DNA of 64,000 nt from Bryobacterales bacterium (GTDB lineage Bacteria > Acidobacteriota > Terriglobia > Bryobacterales > Bryobacteraceae), in contig JAXHKT010000046.1 in the NCBI GenBank assembly GCA_034522975.1, positions 105,377 to 169,376 on the forward strand. Direction: 5' to 3'. The position numbers and the translations under genes were made by a program. Each line of letters begins with the position of its first letter. The stretch's first letter is position 1. Under the pieces are notes generated by a model, which did not search any database, was not told the origin of the DNA, and saw nothing but the letters and a program-made list of their open reading frames with translations. Below, in pieces: positions 63,150-64,000 of this stretch.

Positions 63150-64000
63150 TCAATCGGGGCTGCCGCGCTCCAGCAGCATCCCATCCCGATCCAAAAGAAA
63201 CACGGGAAGTTCGAACTCGCAGCGATAGTCCACGCCCGGCAACTTCGCGGAGACTTCGAGCTTCCAGGAGTAGCTGATTCCACCACCCGCCTTGCCTGTC
63301 GCTTGCGCATCGGAGGGGATCGCAAATTCTACCGGCACATAAACGCCCGCTGGCCCTTGGCGCAACCGGAACGAATCCAGTGTCTGATCGGCAAACCACA
63401 CCGTCGTGCGCTTCGTGCTCGAACTCTTTCCGCGACTTTGCCGCTTGGTCCGGATGCACTCCAGCCGCAGGGTTGCACCGTTCTGGGGCGTTTCGCCAAG
63501 GCTACTTTCCACCCTTCCCGATACCCTCGACCCCACCGCGCACGGGTTCTTTGAGAGCACCAGCGTGGAACTGCCGAACTTGCGATATTGGAGCGTCGTG
63601 TAAATCGCGCGAAGCAGTAGTGCCACGGGAATCAGCACCGCCAATCCCGCCACCGCCCAGGCGGGCGCCGGATACGCCGAAGCGTAGTAGTCAAACTTCT
63701 CGCGCAGTTCCGACCCCACGACAAGCAACCCCACCGAAGCGAGGACCGCCGCCATCCATCGGCCGATCATCGCCGCCCGCGACTTATCCCGTACAATTCC
63801 CTGCGCCCAATCCTCCCGCCACATCCACGGCTGCCCTGGATACTGCTTGCGCAACGGAAGCGACGCGAAGTACGAATTGCTCTTCACGAAAAGGGCATAG
63901 AAGGGCAGCACCGCCACCCCCGTGAACGCCACTCCCGCCAGCAGCAAACCGATCGACTCGTCCCCGCTGCCACTGTTCAGATCCTTCAGCCCGGCAATCA
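63150..64000 (-). CDS. hypothetical membrane protein (5' end beyond right window edge)
   Basis: The frame stays open upstream of the ORF-track TTG (63947) to the window edge. Several TM helices, then a soluble C-terminal domain. Confidence 0.45.
   Translation of the reverse strand, partial: IAGLKDLNSGSGDESIGLLLAGVAFTGVAVLPFYALFVKSNSYFASLPLRKQYPGQPWMWREDWAQGIVRDKSRAAMIGRWMAAVLASVGLLVVGSELREKFDYYASAYPAPAWAVAGLAVLIPVALLLRAIYTTLQYRKFGSSTLVLSKNPCAVGSRVSGRVESSLGETPQNGATLRLECIRTKRQSRGKSSSTKRTTVWFADQTLDSFRLRQGPAGVYVPVEFAIPSDAQATGKAGGGISYSWKLEVSAKLPGVDYRCEFELPVFLLDRDGMLLERGSPD

Noticed and set aside
61756-63459. A single 567-aa ORF taken at face value.
   Set aside because: Its N-terminal 118 aa and C-terminal ~90 aa are low-complexity Arg/Gly/Pro sequence overlapping neighbouring genes. 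Only the central parts, stitched with ORF 62210-62614, look like a real protein.

Overview
GC-rich (about 60% by eye) bacterial chromosomal segment. The gene content looks Acidobacteriota-like: FG-GAP/ASPIC-UnbV protein, PEP-CTERM/CHRD protein, BNR/sortilin-like protein, DUF1080 protein and Tat-exported Gfo/Idh/MocA oxidoreductase. About 60 genes are supportable. The housekeeping core is rplM-rpsI, rpsB-tsf-pyrH-frr-pfk, gyrA, hom, deoC and nadK (partial). Transport genes include NCS1-like, Nramp-like, TrkH, the sulfate ABC operon sbp-cysTWA, and a MacB-type permease preceded by three tandem HlyD adaptor paralogs. There is a chemotaxis cluster (Hpt-MCP, cheY, cheB, cheR, cheX) plus several secreted or carbohydrate-related proteins. 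I found no rRNA, tRNA or CRISPR array. The most striking signal is gene disruption. I count at least 15 lesions in 10 otherwise well-conserved genes: 12 single-nucleotide frameshifts and three in-frame TAG codons. A cheA remnant is fused in frame to an MCP, and an IS3 transposase relic is also present. The lesions cluster by operon (radical-SAM gene, ABC-YfhO operon, third HlyD gene plus che cluster, two glycosidase-like genes). None occur across about 25 kb of mostly housekeeping and sulfate-transport genes (21-46 kb). This fits real operon-level decay, most clearly of a kinase-less chemotaxis cluster. However, two frameshifts at the 3' end of essential tsf mean that local assembly error must be excluded with reads. 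Other notable items are a 4 x 24-bp tandem repeat that reiterates the cysA stop codon at the deoC/cysA convergent junction, and an efflux module with no ATPase gene. I do not see a convincing novel multi-gene system such as a defence system. The Hpt-MCP chimera is the most unusual architecture.
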